A stretch of 64,000 nucleotides of DNA from an uncultured Candidatus Peribacteria bacterium (GTDB taxonomy: Bacteria > Patescibacteriota > Gracilibacteria > RBG-16-42-10). Below the pieces are notes generated by a model. The model saw only the letters and a list, made by a program, of their open reading frames with translations. It was not told the origin of the DNA and ran no database searches. Both the position numbers and the translations under genes were made by a program. The DNA is taken from positions 40,793 through 104,792 of the forward strand of contig CAZERA010000004.1 in NCBI GenBank assembly GCA_964514565.1, read 5' to 3'. This document shows positions 47,400 to 57,260 of this stretch, in pieces (the first letter of the stretch is position 1; every line of letters begins with the position of its first letter).

Positions 47400-48776
47400 T
47401 TAGAAGCCTAATTTTTCTTTTAAGTAGTTACCAACTTGATCGAGTGCGATACGTTCTTGCACCATGCTGTCACGTTCGCGGATAGTTACTTTATTGTCTG
47501 TTGCTGTTTCGAAGTCCACAGTCACACAGTATGGTGTACCAATCTCATCTTGGCGACGATAGCGTTTACCAATTGATTGGGTCTCATCATAGTCAGTGCG
47601 ATAGAGTTTGCGTAGTTCTGCTGCCAAAGGTTCAGCATACTTAGTAATTTCCTCTTTTTTAGAAAGTGGCAATACTGCTACTTTGACTGGTGCTAGGCGA
47701 GGATGAAATTTGAGCACCACTCTGACTTCACCATTTACCTCTTCTTCATTGTAAGCATCAGTAAGCACTGCAAGAACAGTACGGTCAACTCCAACCGCTG
47801 TTTCTACAATATGTGGTAGATAACGTTCGTTGGTGATTGGATCAAGATAAGAAAGATCCTTACCTGAATGAGTGCTGTGTTGTGTCAGGTCATAGTTTCC
47901 CCGAGCGTGAATACCTTCTAGTTCTTTGAAACCAAAAGGATAGCGATATTCGATGTCATAAGCTTCCTTGGCATAGAATACTAAGTTCTCATGCTTGTGC
48001 CACTGTAGATTTTCTTCTTTGATACCAAGATCGAGATAATACTGCCAACGAATCCCCTTCCATTTATTGTATTGCTCCATCGCATCATCAGGATGGACAA
48101 AGAATTGCATTTCCATTTGCTCAAACTCACGTTTACGGAAGATGAACTGACGCGCTGTAATTTCATTACGAAAAGCTTTACCAACTTGGGCAATACCAAA
48201 TGGTACACGCATACGAGAGCTATCGAGTACGTTTTTGAAATTTACATAAATACCCTGACATGTTTCACCACGGAGGTAAGTTGGCTCTTTATCCCAATCT
48301 CCAGTGAAATTACCGAGGTTGCTTTTTACTAACAAATTGAATTTCTTTACTTCACTAAATTGATGCTTGCCACATTTGGGACAGCTAATCTTGCTCATAT
48401 AGTCCATGAAGAGCTGATTGATTGCTTCCTCACTCATTTTTTCATCAGCAAATACTCCTGCTTCTTCTAATAAGTGATCAACACGAGAGCGCACATGACA
48501 ATTTTTACATTCAGTCAGCGGATCAGCAAATCCCTTGACGTGACCACTAGCCTCCCAAATCTTTGGATGCATAAAGATACTAGAGTCGAGTCCCACCATA
48601 TCAGCACGATATTGCACCATGCTACGCCACCAAGCTGCCTTGACGTTATTAGCAAGCTCTACCCCATATGGACCGTAATCATAAACGGCAGCGAACCCAC
48701 CGTAAATTTCAGATGAAGGAAAAATAAAACCACGGCGTTTGCAGAGGGAGACCAGTTGTTCCAGAGTAAGAGTCAT
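47400..48776 (-). CDS. glyQS: Glycyl-tRNA synthetase, homodimeric (alpha2) type
   Basis: KRRGFIFPSSEIYGG, YLRGETCQG, GKAFRNEI, FIFRKREFEQME, SIGKRYRRQDEIGTP. Confidence 0.97.
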   Translation of the reverse strand: MTLTLEQLVSLCKRRGFIFPSSEIYGGFAAVYDYGPYGVELANNVKAAWWRSMVQYRADMVGLDSSIFMHPKIWEASGHVKGFADPLTECKNCHVRSRVDHLLEEAGVFADEKMSEEAINQLFMDYMSKISCPKCGKHQFSEVKKFNLLVKSNLGNFTGDWDKEPTYLRGETCQGIYVNFKNVLDSSRMRVPFGIAQVGKAFRNEITARQFIFRKREFEQMEMQFFVHPDDAMEQYNKWKGIRWQYYLDLGIKEENLQWHKHENLVFYAKEAYDIEYRYPFGFKELEGIHARGNYDLTQHSTHSGKDLSYLDPITNERYLPHIVETAVGVDRTVLAVLTDAYNEEEVNGEVRVVLKFHPRLAPVKVAVLPLSKKEEITKYAEPLAAELRKLYRTDYDETQSIGKRYRRQDEIGTPYCVTVDFETATDNKVTIRERDSMVQERIALDQVGNYLKEKLGF

Positions 48777-48803
48777 AAAATGGAAGGAATTGAAATCAAT
48801 TTG

Positions 48804-48832
48804 AGTGTACTAGAAACAGCTTTTTCAGGCAA
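48804..48832 (-). promoter_or_regulatory. Sigma70-type promoter for glyQS
   Basis: Minus strand TTGCCT-N17-TACACT, 27 nt upstream of the ATG. Confidence 0.55.
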
Positions 48833-48929
48833 AATTGTTTTTGACGATATCTGAAAGCCATTGATATTGTTTATACACAGTCAATCTCCCTATGGTGAGA
48901 GCGATATTGGTGGTAGTGTGTAAAACTTT

Positions 48930-48971
48930 AATTTTAAATCTAAAATCTAGAATTTAAAACTCTAAATTAAA
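48930..48971. repeat. AT-rich 7-bp-period repeat, copy 1
   Basis: AATTTTA AATCTAA AATCTAG AATTTAA AACTCTA AATTAAA. Confidence 0.65.
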
Positions 48972-48974
48972 TGC

Positions 48975-49014
48975 AAAAAAAAGAAGCACCACCTTTGCAA
49001 GTAGTACTTCTTTT
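48975..49014 (-). terminator. Intrinsic terminator after the rplY operon (possibly bidirectional)
   Basis: Minus strand AAAAGAAGTACTAC-loop-GTGGTGCTTCTTTTTTTT. Confidence 0.75.
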
Positions 49015-49032
49015 AAACTGGTCGTTGGAATA

Positions 49033-49320
49033 TTAATTCTTTTCTTCCTTGTTGCGATTACGGAAATCTAGTAAAGCATTTTGGAATACTCCCAAAAATT
49101 GTTCCGCTGTGACATGACTCATGTTTACACGAGCTTGTACTTTGATCGTGGTTGGATTTACACCAGGAAGGATAAAGCCAAAATCTATTAGTACGTCATT
49201 TTCTTTGACACTGACTGAAGCTGCATTTGCGTATACACCAGCTTGCATTTCATCTTTGATTTGTACATTGATGACGTTTTGGTTCTGATTGTTTTGTGCT
49301 TGAGTATTTTGGTCAGCCAT
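49033..49320 (-). CDS. DUF3467-like small protein
   Basis: From MADQN (ATG 49320): INVQI.DE..AGVYANAASV....DVLIDF......V.ARV.MS...A. Confidence 0.8.
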   Translation of the reverse strand: MADQNTQAQNNQNQNVINVQIKDEMQAGVYANAASVSVKENDVLIDFGFILPGVNPTTIKVQARVNMSHVTAEQFLGVFQNALLDFRNRNKEEKN

Positions 49321-49345
49321 AGCAATAGTGTTAGTAAAACTACAA

Positions 49346-50020
49346 TTATTCTGCTTTCTTTTCTTCTTTACCCGCTTCAGCACCTTCAGCAGGAGCAGCA
49401 CCATCAGCAGGTGTTTCACCAGCGACTGCAGCAGCTGCTACTGGAGCAGTATCAATCTTCATTTCACGAGGCAAAATAGACTGAGCGATCATTGTTTCAG
49501 GATCTTCTTTGAGTTCTACATTTGCAGGGATCACTAGATCACGAGCATGTACCATATCATCAATTTCTACCAATTTAGATAGATCTACATCGATAGCATG
49601 TGGCAAGTCACCAGGGAGACAACTTACTTCTACATCTTCTTTACCATGAACCACGATAGCTGAGAGTGAACGTACAGCTGGAGATTCACCGACAAAGTTG
49701 AGCGGTACAAGTGTAGTAAGTTTTTCATTCATACGTACCTTGTAGAAATCAGCATGACGAGGAGCATCTGTGACTGGATCATAATCTACGTGGTAGATAA
49801 TGGTTTTGATGGTTTTGCCATCAACTTCCAAATCAATAATTGTGTTTGTACCAGCATCACGGAAAATGCGAGTAAAATCCTTTGTATTGACCTGAATATG
49901 ATCGGTTTTGCTACCGTGACCATAAACTACGCCAGGGATGATGCCCTGTGCGCGGAGGCGTTTTACATTCTTACCAAAAGTTGTGCGTCCTTCTGACGCG
50001 AGTGAAATAGTAGTACCCAT
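49346..50020 (-). CDS. rplY: 50S ribosomal protein L25/CTC
   Basis: R...GK..KRLRAQGIIPGVVYG, DPVTDAPRHADFY, VPLNFVGESPAV, CLPGDLP..I.VDLS. Confidence 0.96.
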   Translation of the reverse strand: MGTTISLASEGRTTFGKNVKRLRAQGIIPGVVYGHGSKTDHIQVNTKDFTRIFRDAGTNTIIDLEVDGKTIKTIIYHVDYDPVTDAPRHADFYKVRMNEKLTTLVPLNFVGESPAVRSLSAIVVHGKEDVEVSCLPGDLPHAIDVDLSKLVEIDDMVHARDLVIPANVELKEDPETMIAQSILPREMKIDTAPVAAAAVAGETPADGAAPAEGAEAGKEEKKAE

Positions 50021-50044
50021 ATTTTCTCAAAAATAAGCGATGGC

Positions 50045-50073
50045 ATACTACTGTATAAGTTTGCAAACTGCAA
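50045..50073 (-). promoter_or_regulatory. Sigma70-type promoter for rplY
   Basis: Minus strand TTGCAG-N17-TAGTAT, 24 nt upstream of the ATG. Confidence 0.55.
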
Positions 50074-50080
50074 ATCCACA

Positions 50081-50115
50081 TGAGAGCAGAGGTCAGAGAG
50101 CAGAGGTCAGAGATT
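50081..50115 (+). repeat. 7-bp-period AGAG-type repeat, copy 3
   Basis: TGAGAGC AGAGGTC AGAGAGC AGAGGTC AGAGATT. Confidence 0.8.
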
Positions 50116-50135
50116 TTTGAATTAATCCAGCTGCT

Positions 50136-50948
50136 CTATTTATTTTTGATGAGTGCTTTTTTTATCAACCATTGCAGTAGGTTTTCTCCTAGGATTTTTC
50201 TTGCCCAGATCATCATTTTTGCATCTTTTCCGACTGGGTATCTTAGCTTTGATTTTTGGTCGGTGGCAGCTTGGTAGATTATTTGTGCTACTTGTTCTGG
50301 TTCTATCCCCTTTCCTGTACCCATGTGACTATCTGTGTATTGATAGAGCTCAGTGTATTCGGGTGAACTGCTCATGTCGGTAGTCTTGAGTGAAGGACCG
50401 AAGAAGTTTGTTTCTACTACACCTGGCTCTACTAGTTTTACTTTGATATTGAAAGGAGCTACTTCGTATTGGAGAGCCTCACTGAAACCTTCTACCGCCC
50501 ACTTGGTAGCGTTGTAGCAGCTATAAAAAGGAAAGCTTACTTTTCCAGCTACGGAAGAAATATTTACAATCGTGCCTATTTTATTGTTTCTCATATGAGG
50601 TAGGACCTCTTTGGTTAGTGCCATTAGGCCAGTTACGTTGGTGTTCATTTGGGTGCTGATTTGTTCAGTGGTAGCACATTCAAATGCGCCTATTAGTCCG
50701 TATCCTGCGTTATTTACTAATACATCAATAGTGCCATATTGCTTAATTAACTGATTGATAGTTTCTGGTATCTTATCGAGTGCAGTTACATCCAATGCTA
50801 CACAATCAACATGTGCTAGCGTGCTCAACTCCGTGTCGTTCTTTGGATCTCTCATGGTAGCAATTACTTGCCATCCTTTTGCTTGGAACAGTTTAACAGT
50901 TGCTTTGCCAATACCACTTGAACTGCCGGTTACTAGTACAGTTTTCAT
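50136..50948 (-). CDS. Short-chain dehydrogenase/reductase
   Basis: TGSSSGIG, NNAG, NISS, YNATK (YxxxK), EPG. Confidence 0.95.
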   Translation of the reverse strand: MKTVLVTGSSSGIGKATVKLFQAKGWQVIATMRDPKNDTELSTLAHVDCVALDVTALDKIPETINQLIKQYGTIDVLVNNAGYGLIGAFECATTEQISTQMNTNVTGLMALTKEVLPHMRNNKIGTIVNISSVAGKVSFPFYSCYNATKWAVEGFSEALQYEVAPFNIKVKLVEPGVVETNFFGPSLKTTDMSSSPEYTELYQYTDSHMGTGKGIEPEQVAQIIYQAATDQKSKLRYPVGKDAKMMIWARKILGENLLQWLIKKALIKNK

Positions 50949-50969
50949 AAAGTTTTAATTTAATAAAAG

Positions 50970-51530
50970 TTAACTCACTTGTTTAAAATCTATTGCGTGC
51001 AGTTCTTTGCGGAGGGATTGATAATGGGGAAATGATTTCGCTACTAAATTCCAGAATCTTGATGAATGATTGAGCTCAGCTAAATGACAAAGTTCATGGA
51101 CTACTAGATAGGCTGCCAAGTGAGCTGGAAGAGCAATAATGCGATAGTTAAAGTTGAGGTTTCTTTTTACTGAGCAGCTCCCCCATTTACTCTGGAGATC
51201 TTTAATTGTAATCCGCTTGTACTGGTAAGGATAGAGATAGCTGTATTGTTCGATCAGGCTAAGTACCAGTATTTTCGCTGCTCTTTTGGTGTCATCGCTA
51301 AAAGGTAGCTCCGGTAAAATGAATTTATCTTTTTGGTCTGCCAGTCGTTTACTGATCCACTTCTTTTGGGATTCTACGAAGTCAGTAATGTCTCGAATGG
51401 ATATACCGACTGGAGCAGTGACTACAAAATCATGCGTGCGATACTGAAGCTTGATACTTCGGCGGTAAGCTTGGCGCTTGATAAGAATAGTGATTGATTG
51501 ATTGTCGACCGTAAGCTCAATCTGACTCAT
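50970..51530 (-). CDS. YgjP/DUF45-like (M48-type) metallohydrolase
   Basis: SKWGSCS, LNFN, YLVVHELCHL.ELNHS.RFW; start MSQIEL overlaps the upstream stop (ATGA). Confidence 0.88.
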   Translation of the reverse strand: MSQIELTVDNQSITILIKRQAYRRSIKLQYRTHDFVVTAPVGISIRDITDFVESQKKWISKRLADQKDKFILPELPFSDDTKRAAKILVLSLIEQYSYLYPYQYKRITIKDLQSKWGSCSVKRNLNFNYRIIALPAHLAAYLVVHELCHLAELNHSSRFWNLVAKSFPHYQSLRKELHAIDFKQVS

Positions 51531-52615
51531 AGTTGAATTTCTGACCATATCATATGGTGATCTGAACCTAATTTATCATCCACAATATGGGACTTTTGCA
51601 GACTGATATTGGGGGATATTAGCATATGATCGATAATAGTATGGAAAACGCCGGTGTTCCATGTAGAGGTTAACCCCTGTCCCCTATTGGTATCTCTTAG
51701 CCAAGCTAAGCCTGGTGCAATATTTTTTGTGATATCTCCCTGAGGCTGCAAGAAGTTTTTATATGACCATGACCAGCTTGCAGTATTGAAGTCTCCCATT
51801 ACCACTACCTGTCTATTGTCATAGATTTTTAATTTTTGGCTCAATTGATCGAGGCTACTGTTCCTTTGCAGCAGATCAGCACTGCTAGTTGGAGCATAGG
51901 GGTGAATTACGATTACATTGAGCACTTTGTTTTGAATAGTGATATCTGCTTGAATCATTGGCATCTTTTCAATGCTATTTGCTTGAATATTGCTCAGTGG
52001 ATAACGACTAAAAAGAGCAACTTGCGATCCTTCACTGCCCTGACATTGGCAAGTGGTAAAATAACTATTGGAAAATGGTAATTGGGTTTTTAGTGAATTG
52101 TAATCAGCCTGAGTGATTTCAGCTATGCCAAGAATGTCTAGAGAAAGCAATCTTGCTTCATCACTTACTTTGCCGGTCGCATGATTATAATAAGCCTTAT
52201 TAAAGAAGCCAATATTTACATTGATCGTAGTATCTTTAGGGTTTATGTCTTTATCCCATGTCGCACTATAAAGGTTCTGGGGGTAGGCATAATCCCAGAT
52301 GTTGGTAATGTTAAATGCCCATCCAACTGAGATAATAGTGAGCAGAAAGCCAGCAAATACTCGAATAGGATTGGCTGTTCTGAAAAATAAAATAGTCCAC
52401 AAGAAGGCAATGCCTAATGCAATAGTTTGTAAAATAGTCGCTAGTGGCAAAAAACTAATAATCATTTCAGTGATCAATACATTAGCTGTGCTATGACTCA
52501 GATAAATTATCAGGGAACCAACTGTCACAATTACTAAATAGCCATAGTATAATTGGGCTATTTGTGACCATTGATAGATTCGTTTGAGGATCAGACTAAG
52601 TATTTTCATGATCAA
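51527..52615 (-). CDS. Membrane-anchored endonuclease/exonuclease/phosphatase (EEP) family protein
   Basis: N-terminal TM helices; GIAE, FSRYP, IHP, MGDFN, IDH, GSDH. Confidence 0.88.
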   Translation of the reverse strand: MIMKILSLILKRIYQWSQIAQLYYGYLVIVTVGSLIIYLSHSTANVLITEMIISFLPLATILQTIALGIAFLWTILFFRTANPIRVFAGFLLTIISVGWAFNITNIWDYAYPQNLYSATWDKDINPKDTTINVNIGFFNKAYYNHATGKVSDEARLLSLDILGIAEITQADYNSLKTQLPFSNSYFTTCQCQGSEGSQVALFSRYPLSNIQANSIEKMPMIQADITIQNKVLNVIVIHPYAPTSSADLLQRNSSLDQLSQKLKIYDNRQVVVMGDFNTASWSWSYKNFLQPQGDITKNIAPGLAWLRDTNRGQGLTSTWNTGVFHTIIDHMLISPNISLQKSHIVDDKLGSDHHMIWSEIQL

Positions 52616-52675
52616 GTTTAAGCTTTCCTATCCTAAGAATAGATTGAGTATTTGTCTAACAATTACCAATCAAGT

Positions 52676-53476
52676 TTAGACACGCACTTGAAACATATTG
52701 CCTGATTCATAGCGCTTTAAGCCTCTACGGAAAAATAAGATGGCAATAATATTGAGCCCTATACTAATTGCGAGCAAAATGAACAGGTCTGACCAAGAAA
52801 ATGAGCTCAGTAGCCTTTGAGGGATCGTGTCAATAAAAAAGGCAGGTATCACGGTCATTATCAGTATCTTCAAGAAACCATTGAAGGCTGTCTGAGGGTA
52901 CATACTGGTACTAAGAATAGCTTCTTGGCCTTGAGCTGCTGCTTCTTCAAATTTACCGACATAAAATGTAATGGTGTGATAAATCAATAGGGTCGCGAAT
53001 AGTATCGCGCTTGAGCAAGTGATTGCCAAAGCTAGTAAACCAAGGTTGGTAAATGTAAAAGGAATATAAAGCACAATCAAAATAATACTAAAGATCAAAT
53101 CGCCAATTGCTGATAGATTGATTCCCATTACAACACTATGCCAGAGCACATCTTGAGGAAACGCCAAGTAATAATCTAAATCACCTTTAGTGATAATCTC
53201 AGATAATTTATTAAGACCACTTGCCATTATATGTACTATGCTGAAACTAGCTGTGCTAATTATGAGAACTTGGATTGTATCTTGATATGTCCACCCATTG
53301 ACCGAAGGAAATCTAGCAAAAAATATTCCCCAAATGGGCACAAGTAGAATATCATTGATTACCATGCCCAAAATCTGACTAAAGAAGCTGAATTTATATT
53401 CCATTGCTCCCAGTAAGCTATGTTTTTTGATCAAAAATGTTAGCCTAATATATTTAGCCGCCGTTGTGAGATACAT
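52676..53476 (-). CDS. ABC-2 type transporter permease
   Basis: Six TM helices, MEYKFSF, GWT, I.KGDLDYYL..P, YP, GLKRYESG; start uncertain (53518 or 53476). Confidence 0.85.
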   Translation of the reverse strand: MYLTTAAKYIRLTFLIKKHSLLGAMEYKFSFFSQILGMVINDILLVPIWGIFFARFPSVNGWTYQDTIQVLIISTASFSIVHIMASGLNKLSEIITKGDLDYYLAFPQDVLWHSVVMGINLSAIGDLIFSIILIVLYIPFTFTNLGLLALAITCSSAILFATLLIYHTITFYVGKFEEAAAQGQEAILSTSMYPQTAFNGFLKILIMTVIPAFFIDTIPQRLLSSFSWSDLFILLAISIGLNIIAILFFRRGLKRYESGNMFQVRV

Positions 53477-54284
53477 AGCGAATGGCATAAGAAAATAGAA
53501 GTTTGCTAAACAGAGCAAAGATTGCTAACCAAATAAGCTGGGTAATGAAAAATTGGATAAATATGTCTGCTTGAAAGTGCACAATTTGTTGGGCTGCCCC
53601 AGCAAACAGATATGGGAATGGCGAAAGCTCGACTATGTGTTTAAGTTGGTCAGGGAAAAGACTAATCGGAATAATTAGCCCTCCAAGCATCAGTTGGCCT
53701 TTACTATACATCCAATTGATTGCCCTAATGTCCTCTAACCAAAATGCTAGTATGCCAATAATCATATTGATATAAAAGTCTAGCAAAAAGCCTCCGAGCA
53801 AAAGAGCTAAACCAGCTGCTAACCCTGCTACGGTCAGATGTGTTGGTGCGCCAACCATCAGTAAAGTGATGATGGTCACTACAACAATATTCATTGAAGC
53901 ATTGAGTAGGAATGTACCAAATCGACTGAAAAGTTGAAAAAGAATGAATGAATATGGTCGATTGATGCTGTAAGACAACGCTCCACTTTGTACTTCTTCT
54001 TGAATAGCGTTGGAGATTGGTGGTCGCGATGCGCTCTGAAGACTTTGGGCAAATACTAAGCTCCAGATGACCATGTTTACATCCAGACCATTAACAGTAG
54101 TGAGATTGTTTGTTGCAAATGTAACACTATAGACTTGGTAAAATATTCCTACTCTCAATACAACAATAAAACTTCTAGTGAGAGTATTGATCAAAAAGGC
54201 CTGTGTGTTTTTCCAGCTGACTCGTGCGATGGCGAAATACTTGATCAGTCTTTTGGGTGCAAATAATTGTAGTGTTGTAGTCAT
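53454..54284 (-). CDS. ABC-2 type transporter permease
   Basis: Six TM helices, SG.LSY...RP, AFW.ED, GGLIIPISLFP, LSPF, C-terminal NGG. Confidence 0.88.
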   Translation of the reverse strand: MTTTLQLFAPKRLIKYFAIARVSWKNTQAFLINTLTRSFIVVLRVGIFYQVYSVTFATNNLTTVNGLDVNMVIWSLVFAQSLQSASRPPISNAIQEEVQSGALSYSINRPYSFILFQLFSRFGTFLLNASMNIVVVTIITLLMVGAPTHLTVAGLAAGLALLLGGFLLDFYINMIIGILAFWLEDIRAINWMYSKGQLMLGGLIIPISLFPDQLKHIVELSPFPYLFAGAAQQIVHFQADIFIQFFITQLIWLAIFALFSKLLFSYAIRYVSHNGG

Positions 54285-54289
54285 AAAGG

Positions 54290-55282
54290 CTAGTCAGACT
54301 TTTTGTGCGTGTAGATATCAGCAATGATCTCTTCCATGGGTGGATCGAAGATATTAACATCTTGGACAGCGCCGAGCTGAAATACATATTGCATGACTTT
54401 TTCTAGGCTATTTTCCAGGATATCTACAGCAATAGTGACGCTAAACTTACTTTGTTTGATGACCTCCCCATAAGGGCAGCTAAACGTCTCAAGACCTTCA
54501 CTAAAGACAATTTCTAACAATTTTTTCTTGATGTAGTTTTTTTTGAGAGCTTGGGTACTATCATCAAAAATAATAGTGCCATGATTGATCACGATCGTTC
54601 TCTTGGCCAGACTCTCAATATCTCCCGCATCATGTGACGTCAGGAAAATCGTCACCTTCTCTGTTTCATTGAGATATCTAATCACCTCTCGAATTTGCTG
54701 TTTAGCAATGACATCAAGGCCAATAGTTGGTTCATCCAAGAAAACAATTTGTGGTTGATGAATCAAGGACGCTACTAATTCACAGCGCATTCGCTGTCCT
54801 AGAGATAGTTTTCTGACTGGAGTATTGAGTAAATCGCCAATCGCAAAGGCGTCTACTAAAAACTTTTTGCGTTTCTCATATTTATCCCGATCGAGTTCAT
54901 AGATATGGGAAAGTAGCTCATAGGTATCTTGAGCTGGAAGATGATACCAAAGCTGTGGTTTCTGGCCGAATACTAATCCGATATGGTAAGCAAGCTCCCT
55001 CCTTTTCTTGGTGGGATCAAAACCTAATACCTTGATATCGCCACTGGTAGGAAATAAGATCCCACTGAGCATTTTGATCGTAGTAGATTTTCCAGCCCCA
55101 TTGGGACCGATGAATGCCAATATCTCACCTTGATCGACAGAAAAGTTGATATCGTCTACAGCACATACTTCTTTAAACTCAGGTTTGAAGAAACTTTTGA
55201 GACTGTTTTTAAAGCCAACTTGTTTTTGCTTTAAACGAAATTTTTTAGCCAGGTGTCGGACCTGTATGATAGGAGCAGGCAT
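54290..55282 (-). CDS. ABC transporter ATP-binding protein
   Basis: GPNGAGKST, LSLGQRMR, FLDEPTIGLD, TSH. Confidence 0.95.
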   Translation of the reverse strand: MPAPIIQVRHLAKKFRLKQKQVGFKNSLKSFFKPEFKEVCAVDDINFSVDQGEILAFIGPNGAGKSTTIKMLSGILFPTSGDIKVLGFDPTKKRRELAYHIGLVFGQKPQLWYHLPAQDTYELLSHIYELDRDKYEKRKKFLVDAFAIGDLLNTPVRKLSLGQRMRCELVASLIHQPQIVFLDEPTIGLDVIAKQQIREVIRYLNETEKVTIFLTSHDAGDIESLAKRTIVINHGTIIFDDSTQALKKNYIKKKLLEIVFSEGLETFSCPYGEVIKQSKFSVTIAVDILENSLEKVMQYVFQLGAVQDVNIFDPPMEEIIADIYTHKKSD

Positions 55283-55366
55283 AGGCGTGATGTGCTGATC
55301 GCATATATAACATAGTTTTATTCGTTTTCAAAGTAATCACAAACGAGCTCATGGCAGCGAGTCAAT

Positions 55367-55408
55367 GTTTTAAAATTCAAGATTTAGAATTTAAAATTTC
55401 AAATTCAC
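55367..55408. repeat. AT-rich 7-bp-period repeat, copy 2
   Basis: GTTTTAA AATTCAA GATTTAG AATTTAA AATTTCA AATTCAC; shares TAGAATTTAAAA with the 48930 copy. Confidence 0.65.
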
Positions 55409-55448
55409 CATCTCTTTGCGTATATTGAGCATGTTCTTAATCCCTCTT

Positions 55449-57236
55449 ATGAAAAAGTTTGTCGGCTTTCTCCTAGCTGTTTTAGTTTTATTTACCTCTG
55501 CTGGAGTGACTCAAGCATCAGTGTTTAGTGATGTTTCTGATTCACATCCCAACTTTACAGCGATCCAGTTCCTTCGTAGTCGCGGTATCATCAATGGCTA
55601 TGAGGACGGTACATTCAAACCCGACCGTGCTGTAAGCCGAGCCGAGTTTTTGAAGATTGTGCTCCTTTCTTCTGGTAACCCCATCTTAACTGGTGATTTA
55701 GATCGTTCCGGGTTTAGTGACGTATTACTCAGTGCTTGGTATGCGGGGTATGTAAATAGAGCATTAGCACTCGGTGTTGCTAGTGGTTACCCTGATGGTT
55801 TATTTAGACCAGATCGAACTGTGAGCCGTATCGAAGCTGTAAAGATGATGCTGCGATCAAATCGTATTACTGAGGCTAGTCTCAGCACTGACGCAAGCTT
55901 CAGTGATATTGAGTCTGGTAGTTGGGCTATCCCTTACGCTCGTTTTGCCCAAGTTGCGCATTTGTTTGATGCTTTGCCAGGTAACTTGATGCATCCTAAT
56001 GAAGCAATGACTCGCGCGCAGGTTGCTGAAATGGTTTATCGTTTTTATCAATATCGTCCAGATTTGTTGCCTGCGGCTCCTCTTCCCACTACACCAGCAA
56101 CAACTACACCTACTGCATCTCCTTCAGCCAGTCCTACAGTAGCTCCAACCACTCCAACTAGTGAGTCCTTGCGTATTTCTAGTCTGACTGTGACTCCAGA
56201 AGCTCCTAACGTCAGTGCTGGATGTGCTAGTACAGTCTATTACACCTTTATCGGAAGAATAGTGACCAATGGTAGTGTAGGTACGTTTGCCTATCACTGG
56301 GAAGGTGAGAACAGCTATCGTAGTGCTGATCAAAGCTTTACTACTACTGCCGGTGTATCTGATTACAATTTTCGTCATGATGCTGGTTCACCAGGTACTG
56401 GTGTCTACAATGCTTGGAGACGCCTTTATGTTGGTGCCCCTTACAACAATGTTTCTTCTGCTGCTACCATTAGTATTGATTGTTCACACTCTACAGTCAC
56501 ATCTCCTACTCCTCCGGCAAGTTCTTCAATGTTAGTCACCAGTGTGGGTTTGAGCGCAAGTGGTCCTACTGAGGCTAGAGCTTTATGTTCAGCTACTACT
56601 AATGTAGCTGTGAAAGGTGGTTTGAGCACCAATGGTCAACCAGGAACAATTCGTTATTATTATGATCTAGGGGACGGACGTCGCTCACCAGAAAGGACTT
56701 ATACCTTTGCAGTAGGTGAGAGTAGTATTGGTACTTCAGTGATTAATTACTCAGCATCTTATGATACCAATCATGTTGCTCGCAGTGGATCTATTCGTTT
56801 AGTTGTTACTTCACCAAATAACATGAGTAGCGGCGGTGTGAGCTACAATCTACGTTGTGCTGATAGTGATTTACCTACTAGCCATCGTGTGACTGCTGCT
56901 AGCTTTACTGCTCAGCAACCGGGCGTCCGCGATGGTACTTGGGTTTGTGGTGCGACTAACAATTTTACATTGCGTGGCCGTTTGACCTTAGCGACTCCAC
57001 CAGCTGGTGGTCGCATCGCTTACAATTGGTTGTTTAATACTGGTGCTACATCACCCACTCAAACAATCGACGTAAGTACAACATTGACCAACCCGATAGT
57101 TTTACCAGACTACATCTGGAGTATCCCCGCTTCAGCCAGTGAGGGAGCCTATATTGCTTGGCTCAATGTACTCACTCCAAACGCTTTAGTCTCTGACTCA
57201 TGGAGTATCACAAAACCAAGATGTTTTAGTTTGTAG
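55449..57236 (+). CDS. Secreted SLH x3 protein with three Cys-paired Ig-like domains
   Basis: MKKF signal peptide; GYEDGTFKPDRAVSRAE, GYPDGLFRPDRTVSRIE, MTRAQVA; P/T linker; three roughly 110-aa beta-rich repeats each bounded by Cys. Confidence 0.88.
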   Translation: MKKFVGFLLAVLVLFTSAGVTQASVFSDVSDSHPNFTAIQFLRSRGIINGYEDGTFKPDRAVSRAEFLKIVLLSSGNPILTGDLDRSGFSDVLLSAWYAGYVNRALALGVASGYPDGLFRPDRTVSRIEAVKMMLRSNRITEASLSTDASFSDIESGSWAIPYARFAQVAHLFDALPGNLMHPNEAMTRAQVAEMVYRFYQYRPDLLPAAPLPTTPATTTPTASPSASPTVAPTTPTSESLRISSLTVTPEAPNVSAGCASTVYYTFIGRIVTNGSVGTFAYHWEGENSYRSADQSFTTTAGVSDYNFRHDAGSPGTGVYNAWRRLYVGAPYNNVSSAATISIDCSHSTVTSPTPPASSSMLVTSVGLSASGPTEARALCSATTNVAVKGGLSTNGQPGTIRYYYDLGDGRRSPERTYTFAVGESSIGTSVINYSASYDTNHVARSGSIRLVVTSPNNMSSGGVSYNLRCADSDLPTSHRVTAASFTAQQPGVRDGTWVCGATNNFTLRGRLTLATPPAGGRIAYNWLFNTGATSPTQTIDVSTTLTNPIVLPDYIWSIPASASEGAYIAWLNVLTPNALVSDSWSITKPRCFSL

Positions 57237-57260
57237 TTTTTTGAAAAAAGTAAGAATTAT

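Noticed and set aside
50080..50277. 65-aa plus-strand ORF (MRAEVREQRSE...)
   Set aside because: Translation of the heptamer repeat running antisense into the SDR gene
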